From positions 261,855 through 325,854 of the IMG/VR virus record IMGVR_UViG_3300003877_000001: a stretch of 64,000 nt of DNA, one strand, 5' to 3'. The notes under the pieces were generated by a model. The model had not been told where the DNA came from and did not search any database. It worked only from the letters and a program-made list of their open reading frames with translations. Shown here in pieces: positions 40,442 to 49,906 of the stretch. Position numbers and translations under genes: made by a program. Position 1 is the stretch's first letter, and each line of letters opens with the position of its first letter.

Positions 40442-43400
40442 TCTTTGTATTTGTTTTTAAGTTTGTTGATAACATCTCTAAGTACAGATTCTGAAATATT
40501 ACTTTCATAATCTTCGTTATCCAATGCTTTCATTATTTCTTTTCGTTTAGATTCTATAACATCAAAAACATACTCATCGAGAGTATCTCTAAATATGATA
40601 GGATAGATGTTAACTGTGTTTTTCTGTGAGATTCTATGAAGCCTATCTGCAACCTGATCATATTGACCAACAGAGAATGGGAGTGTAATAATAATCATTT
40701 TTGATGATGCTGTCAAGGTTAAACCATAATTAGCTGTCTGAATTGATGCTAAAAATATTTTAACATTACTTTCAGGGTCTTGAAATTTAGCTACTAATGC
40801 TGCTCTATCTTCTACTGTTTGATCACCAGTATGTAATGCTGAATTTTCTGGATAAAGATCATGAAGATCATATAATGATTGTTTAAACATATCAACAACA
40901 ACAACTTTTTCACCTTGTTCTAATATATTATCAATGATTTCTCTAATATAGTTAACCTTAATTGATGAAGTATATTGACGTAATCTCAACATTATAGTTA
41001 ATGGATTTGATGTTGGTTTCTCATATATCTCATTAACAACATCTTCCTCAATTTGATCATATAATTTATCTTCCTTAGTATTAAGTTCTAAAATAATTTT
41101 TTGATAAATTTTATCAGGTAAATCGGTTAATACTTCTTCCTTTTTCTTTCTATATACATATGATGCAATTTTATGAAATAGTTCTTCCAATTTTTGATGT
41201 TGTACGTTTGTTGACCAACCACCAAAACCATCCATATCATAGGACATGCCACAATAATATTCATTAAAATGTTTTTTTGTTGCAAAATCAATCGGTGATA
41301 TTTGATTTAGTACCGTATATAATTCATGTGCTCTATTTGGTGCAGGAGTACCTGAAAGAAATACTTTACTAACCTCTCCATTTTTGAATACCTTTTTATT
41401 AAATATTCTTTTGAAATTTTTGAATGTATTTGCTGAAGTATTTTTTAATGCTTGACAATTACTAACTAATATACTATTAGCAAAATAATTATGATTATCC
41501 GCTATTTCTAGATCATATACCCTTTTATTTTGTTCACCACTTCTTCCAAATTTTCGTCTATTTCCTGATTCCAAAATCTCAATACTTTCCACCCAAACAA
41601 TTTCAATATCTCTGTTTTCCTTTTGTCTAGAAATTTCCATTTTTTTGTTTTGTGAGATTTTCCATCTATTTCTATTGATAATTTTATTGATGTAATTCCA
41701 ATATCCACTTTGTAATGTGTTGGTGGAGATTTTATATTCGTAATACCCATTTCCTTTAATGGTTTCATTATTGGTATCACATGTTCCATTTCCATAAATG
41801 TAATGCCTGAAATTTCTCCAAATAATATTAATTGTTGTTTTGTCAATTTTCCATTTCCACCCCTTGATAAAAACGTTCTCCCAATCATTTTTTTTCTCAT
41901 TTTTTCTACTGTTATTGGGTTTGACATTGGATTGTTCAATTTCATCCTCTCCGATTGATTCTTTCTCATTTGAGGGTTCTTTTTGTAAAACTCTATCATA
42001 GATAGACTCCTTTTTTTCGAAAGTTCCTTCATATATAATTTTTCTTTTATTTCTGGTAAAGACATTCTCCATTTTGCTGAACAACTTGTTGAACAAAATT
42101 TCTTTTTTCTTTTTTTCATTACTTGAAATTCCACGCCACATTGTTGACATATCCTTATCTCTCTCAATTGTAAATTGACTTCTTTTTTTCTTCCAGTGTA
42201 TTTTGTTGAACATTTTCTTGAACAAAGTTTTTGTGTTCTTCTTTTCTGTTGAAATAGAGTGTTGCACTCTAGGCAATTTGTTTTTTTTATTAATTTTCCC
42301 TTTTCTTTCCATCTCTGCTTCATTGAACACGTTACAGTGCAACATTTCTTTTTCACATGTTCTTTTATTTGGAATTCTTTCTCGCAAAATTGGCAATTTC
42401 GTGTTATTATTTTGCTTTGTTTTCTTTTTAATAAGTTTTTCCCCATATTTAAAATTTTTAATAGGTTTATATTTATTTTCAGTAATTGAATAAAATTTGT
42501 GGTCTGGTGTACATTCGATTATTTCACCATTAGATAATTTTATTTTAATTACATCTTTATATCCGTTATATAAATACCTACTAATTGTTTTTGTTTCAAT
42601 CTTTTTTAACGTATGATTATAGGATAAAACTTTTACATCTAATTTATCTTCAACAATTTTCCCAATTTTCATTTTCCCTTTATCAGTATCAATTAATGTA
42701 TTATATGTAAAACATTCGTCTGCAATTAATACATCTATTAAACCAATATTTAAATCTTTAAATTTTTTATCAACTTTTTTCTTATCTCTAGAATTAAAAT
42801 ATTCATAATTAACAATAATATATTTAGATTCTTCCATTGTATGTTTATTCTTAAATTTACTAGATTTAGGAACAATTATATGTGCTTTAGAATGTGTAAA
42901 TTTTTCAACTTCATTAAAGAAATTAAATTTTAATGAGTTAGGTGTTATTACAAACACCCTTTTAAAATTATTCATCTCAACATATGCAATTGCAGAAAGT
43001 GTATTGTGAGTTAAAATACAATTATCTGTAACATATAAATGATCTTCTGCATCAACCATTATACATTGTGCTTCTTTTTTACCAACATAATTAACTTCCT
43101 TTATTGCTCTATTAGGTAAATATTTTGTAGGTGATACATATCTTTCTATTTTACGTTTTAATTTGAAAGGTATTATATTGGGTGGTAATTTTATTGATAA
43201 TCTATAATATGTTGGTTTTACTTCTATCTCTTCATACCATGAAGTTCTAGTTTTATACCTTGCAATACCACCTAATGATTGTACAATAAACTTTACATCA
43301 TCTATTAATTGTTTTGATGCTAATGTTAAATCAATATTCATACCATCAGAACTAATAGTTCCATCCGTATCCATAATTCCCCTTAAAATTTCTAATCTAT

Positions 43401-44544
43401 CTTCAATTGAAGAGAACATATAATCTTTAGGAATAAATTTTGTGTGTGAACCACACCCCTTTAAGTTATATTCTTTTAAATTTTGATTTATGTAATTATT
43501 TTTACCATCTGCCGTTAGATAATAATCTTTTTTACTATTTCCAGATAAAACTAACTGATGATTTTGTGGTAATTTAGAGTCTATCTCGTTAATAATTTCA
43601 TTATCTATATTCGTAAAACTAACACCATATTTTGTTGTAATAGAGCCATCACCCAATAAACAACCTAAAATATATGGGTCTATTTTTAATTTTTTTTCTT
43701 TAAATTCAATTGGTTCAACAATGGGTATATAATGTTTATTATTACCATTATCAAACTGTAACCCCTCATTCATGATTTCTCTAAGTGTTTTTGTTTGATA
43801 TGAATATTTTTTTATTCCTTTATTTGTTCTATGAATTCTAGTTGTTGAATTAACATTCCAAAGATGTTCATCACACGATCTTGCTGTTGTATTGTCATTA
43901 AATTTAATTTCATATATATCTTTTTTACCTTGAGGATAAACTCCAATAACTTTTGTTGATTTACCATTACTTCCAATCACATAATCACCAACTTTAACAT
44001 CGCCCATTCTAATCCAACCATTAGGTGTAAGTAGTTTAGAATCTAAGTCTTGGCTTTTTCCTAAACCCATTTCTAGTGCTAATAAAACACTTTTAACTTC
44101 ATCAATAAACATAGTACCAGCTATTTGATGTGGATATAATATTGTACCTTCTTTAAGATTTTTATGTGTTAGTTCTCTATATTTTTCAAAATCCTTATCT
44201 AATTCATCTTTTAATCTAATCCAAAGATTTTTCTTTTGTACAAGTAATTTTAATTCTAAGATTTTTCTCGCATCATCTTCATCAATTTTTTTGATTTGCT
44301 TAATAAATGCGTGTTTTTCTTCAACACCACCAAAATCAAATACGATTTTATTAGATTTACGATACCTCTTCATTAGTTCATAAAGACCTCTGGTATTCAT
44401 AATCCAACAATTTTCAACAGAATCCCATTTACGCCAATCTACGTTGATTTCCTTTATTCTAGAAACAACTTCTTTATGATAATCGAAAAATACTTTATAT
44501 TTTGATTGTCGTAATATTCTATGACAGGATACTTTAAAGGGCAT
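40438..44544 (-). CDS. SNF2-family helicase precursor with two inteins (~598 aa spliced)
   Basis: LYPHQ, EMGLGK|T, ADE|CQALKN, LSGTPAPN, NYGLTL, QVADRLHRISQ. Confidence 0.9.
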   Translation of the reverse strand: MPFKVSCHRILRQSKYKVFFDYHKEVVSRIKEINVDWRKWDSVENCWIMNTRGLYELMKRYRKSNKIVFDFGGVEEKHAFIKQIKKIDEDDARKILELKLLVQKKNLWIRLKDELDKDFEKYRELTHKNLKEGTILYPHQIAGTMFIDEVKSVLLALEMGLGKSQDLDSKLLTPNGWIRMGDVKVGDYVIGSNGKSTKVIGVYPQGKKDIYEIKFNDNTTARSCDEHLWNVNSTTRIHRTNKGIKKYSYQTKTLREIMNEGLQFDNGNNKHYIPIVEPIEFKEKKLKIDPYILGCLLGDGSITTKYGVSFTNIDNEIINEIDSKLPQNHQLVLSGNSKKDYYLTADGKNNYINQNLKEYNLKGCGSHTKFIPKDYMFSSIEDRLEILRGIMDTDGTISSDGMNIDLTLASKQLIDDVKFIVQSLGGIARYKTRTSWYEEIEVKPTYYRLSIKLPPNIIPFKLKRKIERYVSPTKYLPNRAIKEVNYVGKKEAQCIMVDAEDHLYVTDNCILTHNTLSAIAYVEMNNFKRVFVITPNSLKFNFFNEVEKFTHSKAHIIVPKSSKFKNKHTMEESKYIIVNYEYFNSRDKKKVDKKFKDLNIGLIDVLIADECFTYNTLIDTDKGKMKIGKIVEDKLDVKVLSYNHTLKKIETKTISRYLYNGYKDVIKIKLSNGEIIECTPDHKFYSITENKYKPIKNFKYGEKLIKKKTKQNNNTKLPILRERIPNKRTCEKEMLHCNVFNEAEMERKGKINKKNKLPRVQHSISTEKKNTKTLFKKMFNKIHWKKKRSQFTIERDKDMSTMWRGISSNEKKKKEILFNKLFSKMENVFTRNKRKIIYEGTFEKKESIYDRVLQKEPSNEKESIGEDEIEQSNVKPNNSRKNEKKNDWENVFIKGWKWKIDKTTINIIWRNFRHYIYGNGTCDTNNETIKGNGYYEYKISTNTLQSGYWNYINKIINRNRWKISQNKKMEISRQKENRDIEIVWVESIEILESGNRRKFGRSGEQNKRVYDLEIADNHNYFANSILVSNCQALKNTSANTFKNFKRIFNKKVFKNGEVSKVFLSGTPAPNRAHELYTVLNQISPIDFATKKHFNEYYCGMSYDMDGFGGWSTNVQHQKLEELFHKIASYVYRKKKEEVLTDLPDKIYQKIILELNTKEDKLYDQIEEDVVNEIYEKPTSNPLTIMLRLRQYTSSIKVNYIREIIDNILEQGEKVVVVDMFKQSLYDLHDLYPENSALHTGDQTVEDRAALVAKFQDPESNVKIFLASIQTANYGLTLTASSKMIIITLPFSVGQYDQVADRLHRISQKNTVNIYPIIFRDTLDEYVFDVIESKRKEIMKALDNEDYESNISESVLRDVINKLKNKYKE
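41458..42714 (-). mobile_element. intein 2 (419 aa) in helicase Walker B motif
   Basis: C1 FTYNT..., IECTPDHKF (block B), VYDLEIADNHNYFANSILVSN|C. Confidence 0.88.
41508..42446 (-). CDS. Zn-finger + Vsr/DUF559-like endonuclease nested in the +1 frame of intein 2
   Basis: Three CxxC...CxxxC fingers, NNPM motif, YKVDIG...LSIEIDGKSH...DKRKTEILKLFGWKVLRFWN. Confidence 0.85.
   Translation of the reverse strand: MGKNLLKRKQSKIITRNCQFCEKEFQIKEHVKKKCCTVTCSMKQRWKEKGKLIKKTNCLECNTLFQQKRRTQKLCSRKCSTKYTGRKKEVNLQLREIRICQQCGVEFQVMKKRKKKFCSTSCSAKWRMSLPEIKEKLYMKELSKKRSLSMIEFYKKNPQMRKNQSERMKLNNPMSNPITVEKMRKKMIGRTFLSRGGNGKLTKQQLILFGEISGITFMEMEHVIPIMKPLKEMGITNIKSPPTHYKVDIGITSIKLSIEIDGKSHKTKKWKFLDKRKTEILKLFGWKVLRFWNQEIDENLEEVVNKIKGYMI
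43003..44055 (-). mobile_element. intein 1 (351 aa) with LAGLIDADG endonuclease, in helicase Walker A motif
   Basis: S1 QDLDSKLLTPNGW, CDEHLW, LGCLLGDG, LRGIMDTDG, AQCIMV, ILTHN|T. Confidence 0.92.
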
Positions 44545-44577
44545 ATATTATTTTTAAATTTGTTTAATTATTAGTAG

Positions 44578-45252
44578 TTAAAAATCACGCTCAATTTCCA
44601 TTCTTTTGATACAATCTAGTGGTGTTTCGTTATCTAGTAATTTATAACTACACCCAATCGTTCCACCTTTCCAACTCCATTTCTTTTTCCCAACTTCTTT
44701 TGAAAAATGTATATCAATAGTTTTATTTACTAACGCAAATACTTTAGTCCACTTTAACCATTTAGGTCGCCATTCTCTTTCTTCCACATATATTTTTGTG
44801 GGGATGATTTCGCCATCATATTTATCTTTGTAATCATATTCCCATACTGCTTGTTTAATCTTCCAATTATCTTCATAAAAATTTTTATGATTTCCATTTG
44901 TTTCGTGTTCCCAACTATTATTTTTTAATAAAATTGATGTTCTTATCCAATCTTTTGTAATAAATGGAATATCCCAAGTCCACCATTTACTACCACCATC
45001 CATATTACCCTTACCCCCTTTATAAACCCAAAATGTATTATTGTGAATTGCAATTCCCCATTTAGGACAATCACATTCATTCGTCCATTTGTTTCTAAAA
45101 GGGAGTATAATTGTTAAATTAAAAAATATAAAATCTAAATTAATTCTTGGTCTATTATCAAAATATCCACATATTTCAAAACTAATATCAAAAACTTTTG
45201 ACCAATAAAATATTAACCATTTACTTTCATAAATCCATTTCTCTTTTTTCAT
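44578..45252 (-). CDS. Trp-rich hypothetical protein
   Basis: 224-aa ORF under a host-type promoter. Confidence 0.7.
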   Translation of the reverse strand: MKKEKWIYESKWLIFYWSKVFDISFEICGYFDNRPRINLDFIFFNLTIILPFRNKWTNECDCPKWGIAIHNNTFWVYKGGKGNMDGGSKWWTWDIPFITKDWIRTSILLKNNSWEHETNGNHKNFYEDNWKIKQAVWEYDYKDKYDGEIIPTKIYVEEREWRPKWLKWTKVFALVNKTIDIHFSKEVGKKKWSWKGGTIGCSYKLLDNETPLDCIKRMEIERDF

Positions 45253-45271
45253 ATATTTATTTCTTAGTTCA

Positions 45272-45302
45272 CAAAGATAATAATATTTCCATCAAAATGC
45301 AA
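45272..45302 (-). promoter_or_regulatory. Bacteroidota primary-sigma-type promoter upstream of the helicase-polymerase operon
   Basis: Minus strand TTGCA...TATCTTTG (TAnnTTTG), ~20 nt above ATG 45252. Confidence 0.6.
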
Positions 45303-45360
45303 CCATATTAAAAACATATTCAAATTTACCACAATATTCATAAAGAAAATTAATTTTAAT

Positions 45361-45369
45361 GTATTTATA
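45361..45369 (+). promoter_or_regulatory. phage GTATTTATA promoter motif (plus-strand copy)
   Basis: GTATTTATA 3 nt before the ATG of the only credible plus-strand gene. Confidence 0.6.
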
Positions 45370-45372
45370 TAC

Positions 45373-46227
45373 ATGGAATCTGGAATATATAAAATATTAA
45401 ATAATATAAACGGTAAATTTTATATTGGTAGTACTAAAAATTTTAATAAAAGATGGGTATCACATAAATACCTATTGAGGTTAAATAAACATGAGAATAA
45501 ACATTTACAATATGCATGGAATAAGTATGGTGAAGAACATTTTCAGTTTATTAAATTTCAAGATGTTAAAATAGAAAATCTAATAATTTGGGAACAACAT
45601 TATATTAATACGTTAGACGTATATAATAGAAATATTGGTTATAATTTATCACCAACAGCAAATAGTACATTGGGGTTTAAATTTAGTGAAGAATCTAAAA
45701 TGAAAATGAGTCTAGCTAAAAAGGGTAAGCAATCATCAAGAAAAAATTATAAGCATTCAGAAGAAACTAAGAAAAAAATAGGTGAAAATAATAAAATTAG
45801 TCAATTGGGTAGAATACATAGTGAAGGTACAAAAATAAAAATGAGTAAATGGCATACCAATAAAATTGTAAGTGATGAAACTAAGAAAAAAATAAGTAAA
45901 TATCGAACAGGTAAATTATTATGTGAAGAAACTAAAATAAAAATTTCACAAAAGATGATGGGTAATAAATATGCTTTAGGGCATAAACATACTGAAGAAA
46001 CAAAAAAGAAAATATCTGAAATACTAAAAGGTCATAATGATAATAATAAACCTAGAAATATAGGAGAATCTAATGGTATGTCAAAAACTAACGAATTAGA
46101 AGTTTTATCAATTAGAGATGATTACAATAATAAAAATTTATCAATTAAAGAATTAATGGTAAAATATAATAAAAACTATCAGTTTATATATAAAATAATT
46201 AAACGATTAAGATGGAATTGGTTATAA
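45373..46227 (+). CDS. GIY-YIG homing endonuclease with NUMOD3 repeats
   Basis: SGIYKI...FYIGST...R...H...E...GYN; repeated HSEETKKKIS units. Confidence 0.9.
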   Translation: MESGIYKILNNINGKFYIGSTKNFNKRWVSHKYLLRLNKHENKHLQYAWNKYGEEHFQFIKFQDVKIENLIIWEQHYINTLDVYNRNIGYNLSPTANSTLGFKFSEESKMKMSLAKKGKQSSRKNYKHSEETKKKIGENNKISQLGRIHSEGTKIKMSKWHTNKIVSDETKKKISKYRTGKLLCEETKIKISQKMMGNKYALGHKHTEETKKKISEILKGHNDNNKPRNIGESNGMSKTNELEVLSIRDDYNNKNLSIKELMVKYNKNYQFIYKIIKRLRWNWL

Positions 46228-46611
46228 TACCGTTGTTTTGGTAATACTATCTCCGATAATAATCTGTATGGTATCATCAAGAGGTAATTTAATTTTTCCA
46301 CATTCAGTTCCTAAAAAGTCGACCACAAATTCACCACTGTACAATCCATCTTTTTTAGTATCTTTTAATTTTAATCTTATTGCTAAAGTATAAATTGATT
46401 CATCTAATTTTTCATAAATATTTTCAACAATAATTAATTTAGCTTCTCTATTGGCTACTCTATAATTACCAGTATTTGTATCTATCATTGAAAATGTAAC
46501 AGCTACATTCTTCATCATTTCATTGGAGATGTCTAATTTTTCCATCATCCATTGTTCTAATGGAAATTTAATTTCTGGAAGGGTACTATTTTTTTTTATA
46601 AAGATTGTCAT
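46222..46611 (-). CDS. BppU-N-like Ig-fold structural protein
   Basis: IFIKKNSTLPEIK...VTFSM...DTKKDGLYSGEF. Confidence 0.55.
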   Translation of the reverse strand: MTIFIKKNSTLPEIKFPLEQWMMEKLDISNEMMKNVAVTFSMIDTNTGNYRVANREAKLIIVENIYEKLDESIYTLAIRLKLKDTKKDGLYSGEFVVDFLGTECGKIKLPLDDTIQIIIGDSITKTTVL

Positions 46612-47270
46612 TATACATATATGTTATTTTCTTCGTAATTAATATTTACTTCATTATATAAATACTCTCTAACTTTTGTTCCTTGTGCGTTAATTGGTGA
46701 ATCTAACCAAGTATAATTACTATTGGTCATTATTGAATTTTTTAATGGCTCTAAAATACCTTCAATATATAAACCAATATTTGAAGATATTTCTCCTAAG
46801 AATTGAAATCCACTTGCCTCTGCATTATCTCTTGTCATACCAACTGCTGCTTGTAATAAATATAACGTAGCAATTTTCATATTAGAAATAATACTTCTTC
46901 TTCTTTTTTCACCTGCCGCAATTGATTCTTCAGGTGTATAGTATTTTGTTACGTGATTTATAGCACCTATTGTGTCTCCACTCATTACAGTACCACCACT
47001 ATAATTAATATCACCATCACAATACCAATTAATAATCATCTCACGTCTATTAAGCATACGATTAACACGATAATAAGTTCTTGTTTCTTTAACTATTAAT
47101 TCAGAATATATAGTACCATCATATTCACCGTAATATTCAATTGTTTTTAATTCACCCTTTTCCTTATTTTTCTTTCTATGTAATCCTAATATTGTATAAT
47201 CAATATCAAATGGTGGATTATTAAAATCTATTGGATTACTGTTTTTTGTATAGTTGTATATTTTAAACAT
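46611..47270 (-). CDS. hypothetical virion-associated protein
   Basis: 219-aa ORF in fibre cluster. Confidence 0.6.
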   Translation of the reverse strand: MFKIYNYTKNSNPIDFNNPPFDIDYTILGLHRKKNKEKGELKTIEYYGEYDGTIYSELIVKETRTYYRVNRMLNRREMIINWYCDGDINYSGGTVMSGDTIGAINHVTKYYTPEESIAAGEKRRRSIISNMKIATLYLLQAAVGMTRDNAEASGFQFLGEISSNIGLYIEGILEPLKNSIMTNSNYTWLDSPINAQGTKVREYLYNEVNINYEENNIYV

Positions 47271-47274
47271 AATG

Positions 47275-48357
47275 TTAATATCTAAATCCTGTTATATAAT
47301 ATGCTCCAGAACCTGCTTGTGGAAGTAGAAATGGTGTTAATATAATGTCATCAGCAGGATTATTTGAAATCCATGTGTATAATACTGTTTCATTATCCCA
47401 GTCATTTTCATCGACTTCACATATGTGACATTCAGCACCATCACCACCAGAATTTTCAAATTTCAATTTATAAAATTTATTTACATCAAAACTTATTGTT
47501 TTACCTATATTCTGATTCCAATTAGTAACATCACCACCACCATAAAATGTATTAACACTATTATTATTATTATACATACCAATTTCTTGTTTATAATATG
47601 CGGAACTAATTGTTGAAATATCTAAAGATTTTGATGCTATACCTAGCATAAATAATACATCTGATGTTCTAGTAAAAATAATTTCAAATGTTATATTTTC
47701 AGTTCTATTCCAAAAATATGAACCAAACTTAACACCTCTATTCCACGATGATGTAGAAGATGAAAATCTAAGTCCATTAGTTGTATCTTGTTCAACATTT
47801 ATTCCTGAAGTCATTTCTAATCCTAGATTAACTATTGGTTCACTTCTTAAATCAACAGTAATTTTAGTTTTTATTAAAATTTTATTGAATCCAGATTCTT
47901 TTGATTGTAAATCTGCATTATAAACAATTATATTAAATAATCCTTCATTTGTACCTACCGTAATCTCTACCCTTAATTGTTTTGGTGAATCAAAATAAAC
48001 AGTATTTACGAAATTACCAACACCAGATATTTCAACGGTTGAAAATGGTGAAAAATTAATTCCCATTATTGATATTATTTTCGTAGCAGTTGGTTCAAAA
48101 TCACTATTTACAATATTTTCAATATGTGGTTCTAAATCTAAACCACTTGCAGTTTCTTCATAGAATGTTCTAATTGTTTCTTCATCATTTATAACCACAT
48201 TCATACCATCCCATTTATAGAACATTAAAGGTTGTGAAGTGGGAAAATCATAATCTGTTTCTATTTCAATTTCATTTGCTAATAAATCAAGAAATTTACC
48301 ACCACTAATTTCAATGATTGTATTGTTTTTGTTAATATCTATTTTTATCCAATTCAT
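47275..48357 (-). CDS. beta-rich protein (Ig/TIG-like + lectin-like domain)
   Basis: ISIMGINFSP...V.F.SP..L.V Ig-like pattern; beta-sandwich C-terminus. Confidence 0.5.
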   Translation of the reverse strand: MNWIKIDINKNNTIIEISGGKFLDLLANEIEIETDYDFPTSQPLMFYKWDGMNVVINDEETIRTFYEETASGLDLEPHIENIVNSDFEPTATKIISIMGINFSPFSTVEISGVGNFVNTVYFDSPKQLRVEITVGTNEGLFNIIVYNADLQSKESGFNKILIKTKITVDLRSEPIVNLGLEMTSGINVEQDTTNGLRFSSSTSSWNRGVKFGSYFWNRTENITFEIIFTRTSDVLFMLGIASKSLDISTISSAYYKQEIGMYNNNNSVNTFYGGGDVTNWNQNIGKTISFDVNKFYKLKFENSGGDGAECHICEVDENDWDNETVLYTWISNNPADDIILTPFLLPQAGSGAYYITGFRY

Positions 48358-49877
48358 TATCCTAAATATTTAATTCTAACAAATGAAGCATTTGGTTTTG
48401 TTAAAGTACTATTATTATCACCTAATCTAAACAATATAACATCTAATGTATCATTAATATTAAATTGTATTGTTGTAGTGGGTAATGAATTATGGTTATC
48501 ATCATTAGAACTATTTCTAGTATAATTTGCTGTTAATGTTTTATCAATCACAGTACCATTTTTTCTAATTTGTACACCCGTTGTTGATCTACCATTTGTT
48601 TGATTATTAGAATTAACATTAAATGAGACTTCGTAGTAGCCACTCTTTAATATTGTGATAGTACTACCACTAATTATATGTGAATATGTTGTATTATCAA
48701 TAAATTCATGAGTATCCCATTTCATTGGAATTGGTATTACATTGGTTATTTCTTGCCCACCAACACCATCAATTAATTCACATAAACCATCTAATGGATT
48801 AATAGATACTGGTGCTAATGATACTGTTGCTTTACCACCTGTATTATCTGTAACGGTAAAACCACTATCAAAATTAATTGTATCATGTGGTGTATTTGGA
48901 ACATTAATGTTATTTGATTGTAAATTAACTGAACCACTATTACCAGTTATTGCAGACAATGAAATATTTGTATTATCTAAATTACCACTACTATTAAATG
49001 TTCCAAGATTACCAATTGCACCTGTAACTTTATCTATTTTTTGATCTGTTGTTGCAGATATTGTGTTAACTTTAGTATCGTTTGCAACAGTATAATCAAT
49101 AAAAGATTGTAATGTCGCACCACCATCAACAAGATTACCACTTACATTAAACGTTCCTAAATTACCTGTTACACCAGTAACTATATTAATTTTATTATCT
49201 AAATTCGTTTGTGTTTGTGCTGTATAACCTATAAATGTGTTTTGAGAAACCACTGTTATTCCAGATGTACCAGAAATAGGTACGCCAAATACACCAACAC
49301 TGTGGTCTAAATCAACTAAAACGTCTGGCAATGTACCATTATCACCCTGACCAATTTCAACTCTAAATCCTGTTGTTGATACAATTGATATTTGTGTGTT
49401 AGTATCTGTTGTTGATCCAAATGGTTGTGCAAATACACCATAATTTATTGATGATGTTGGTTGGTTAAATGTATAATCATATCTTCCTACACTTGTTCTT
49501 GTAACTGTTAACCCAAATCCTTCTGTTTGTGTACCATTTCCTAATGTTTTAGAAAATGCATATAATGCAGATTCAGAATTTAATCTATCTAATTCAGTTC
49601 TTGTTGTTGCAGTATATCCTGTAAATTGATTTTGATTAACATCATCCTCTCCAATTAATGGTTCTGTTGAATTTAAATAATTATTAATTGTTTGATCATC
49701 ATTAACTATAATACTACCTGTTGATTCTTTATATAAATAAAGTGGCTGAATTTCAGGTATATCAAAATCAATAAATATTTCACCAGTATTAGGTGGTAGG
49801 GGAGCAAAACTATTTACACCCCTATCAATTAACGTATTATTAAAGTTTGTATCGTATAGAAAATATTCAAATGCCAT
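48357..49877 (-). CDS. fibre/decoration protein with C-terminal C1q/TNF-like domain
   Basis: N-terminus paralogous to 49907..52114; ITILKSGYYEVSFNV. Confidence 0.65.
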   Translation of the reverse strand: MAFEYFLYDTNFNNTLIDRGVNSFAPLPPNTGEIFIDFDIPEIQPLYLYKESTGSIIVNDDQTINNYLNSTEPLIGEDDVNQNQFTGYTATTRTELDRLNSESALYAFSKTLGNGTQTEGFGLTVTRTSVGRYDYTFNQPTSSINYGVFAQPFGSTTDTNTQISIVSTTGFRVEIGQGDNGTLPDVLVDLDHSVGVFGVPISGTSGITVVSQNTFIGYTAQTQTNLDNKINIVTGVTGNLGTFNVSGNLVDGGATLQSFIDYTVANDTKVNTISATTDQKIDKVTGAIGNLGTFNSSGNLDNTNISLSAITGNSGSVNLQSNNINVPNTPHDTINFDSGFTVTDNTGGKATVSLAPVSINPLDGLCELIDGVGGQEITNVIPIPMKWDTHEFIDNTTYSHIISGSTITILKSGYYEVSFNVNSNNQTNGRSTTGVQIRKNGTVIDKTLTANYTRNSSNDDNHNSLPTTTIQFNINDTLDVILFRLGDNNSTLTKPNASFVRIKYLG

Positions 49878-49906
49878 ATAATTTTACTGTTCACCATTTC
49901 AATATA

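Noticed and set aside
41508-42446. Group I intron explanation for the nested endonuclease
   Set aside because: The helicase frame is uninterrupted and bounded by intein blocks; no RNA splicing is needed and no intron core was recognised
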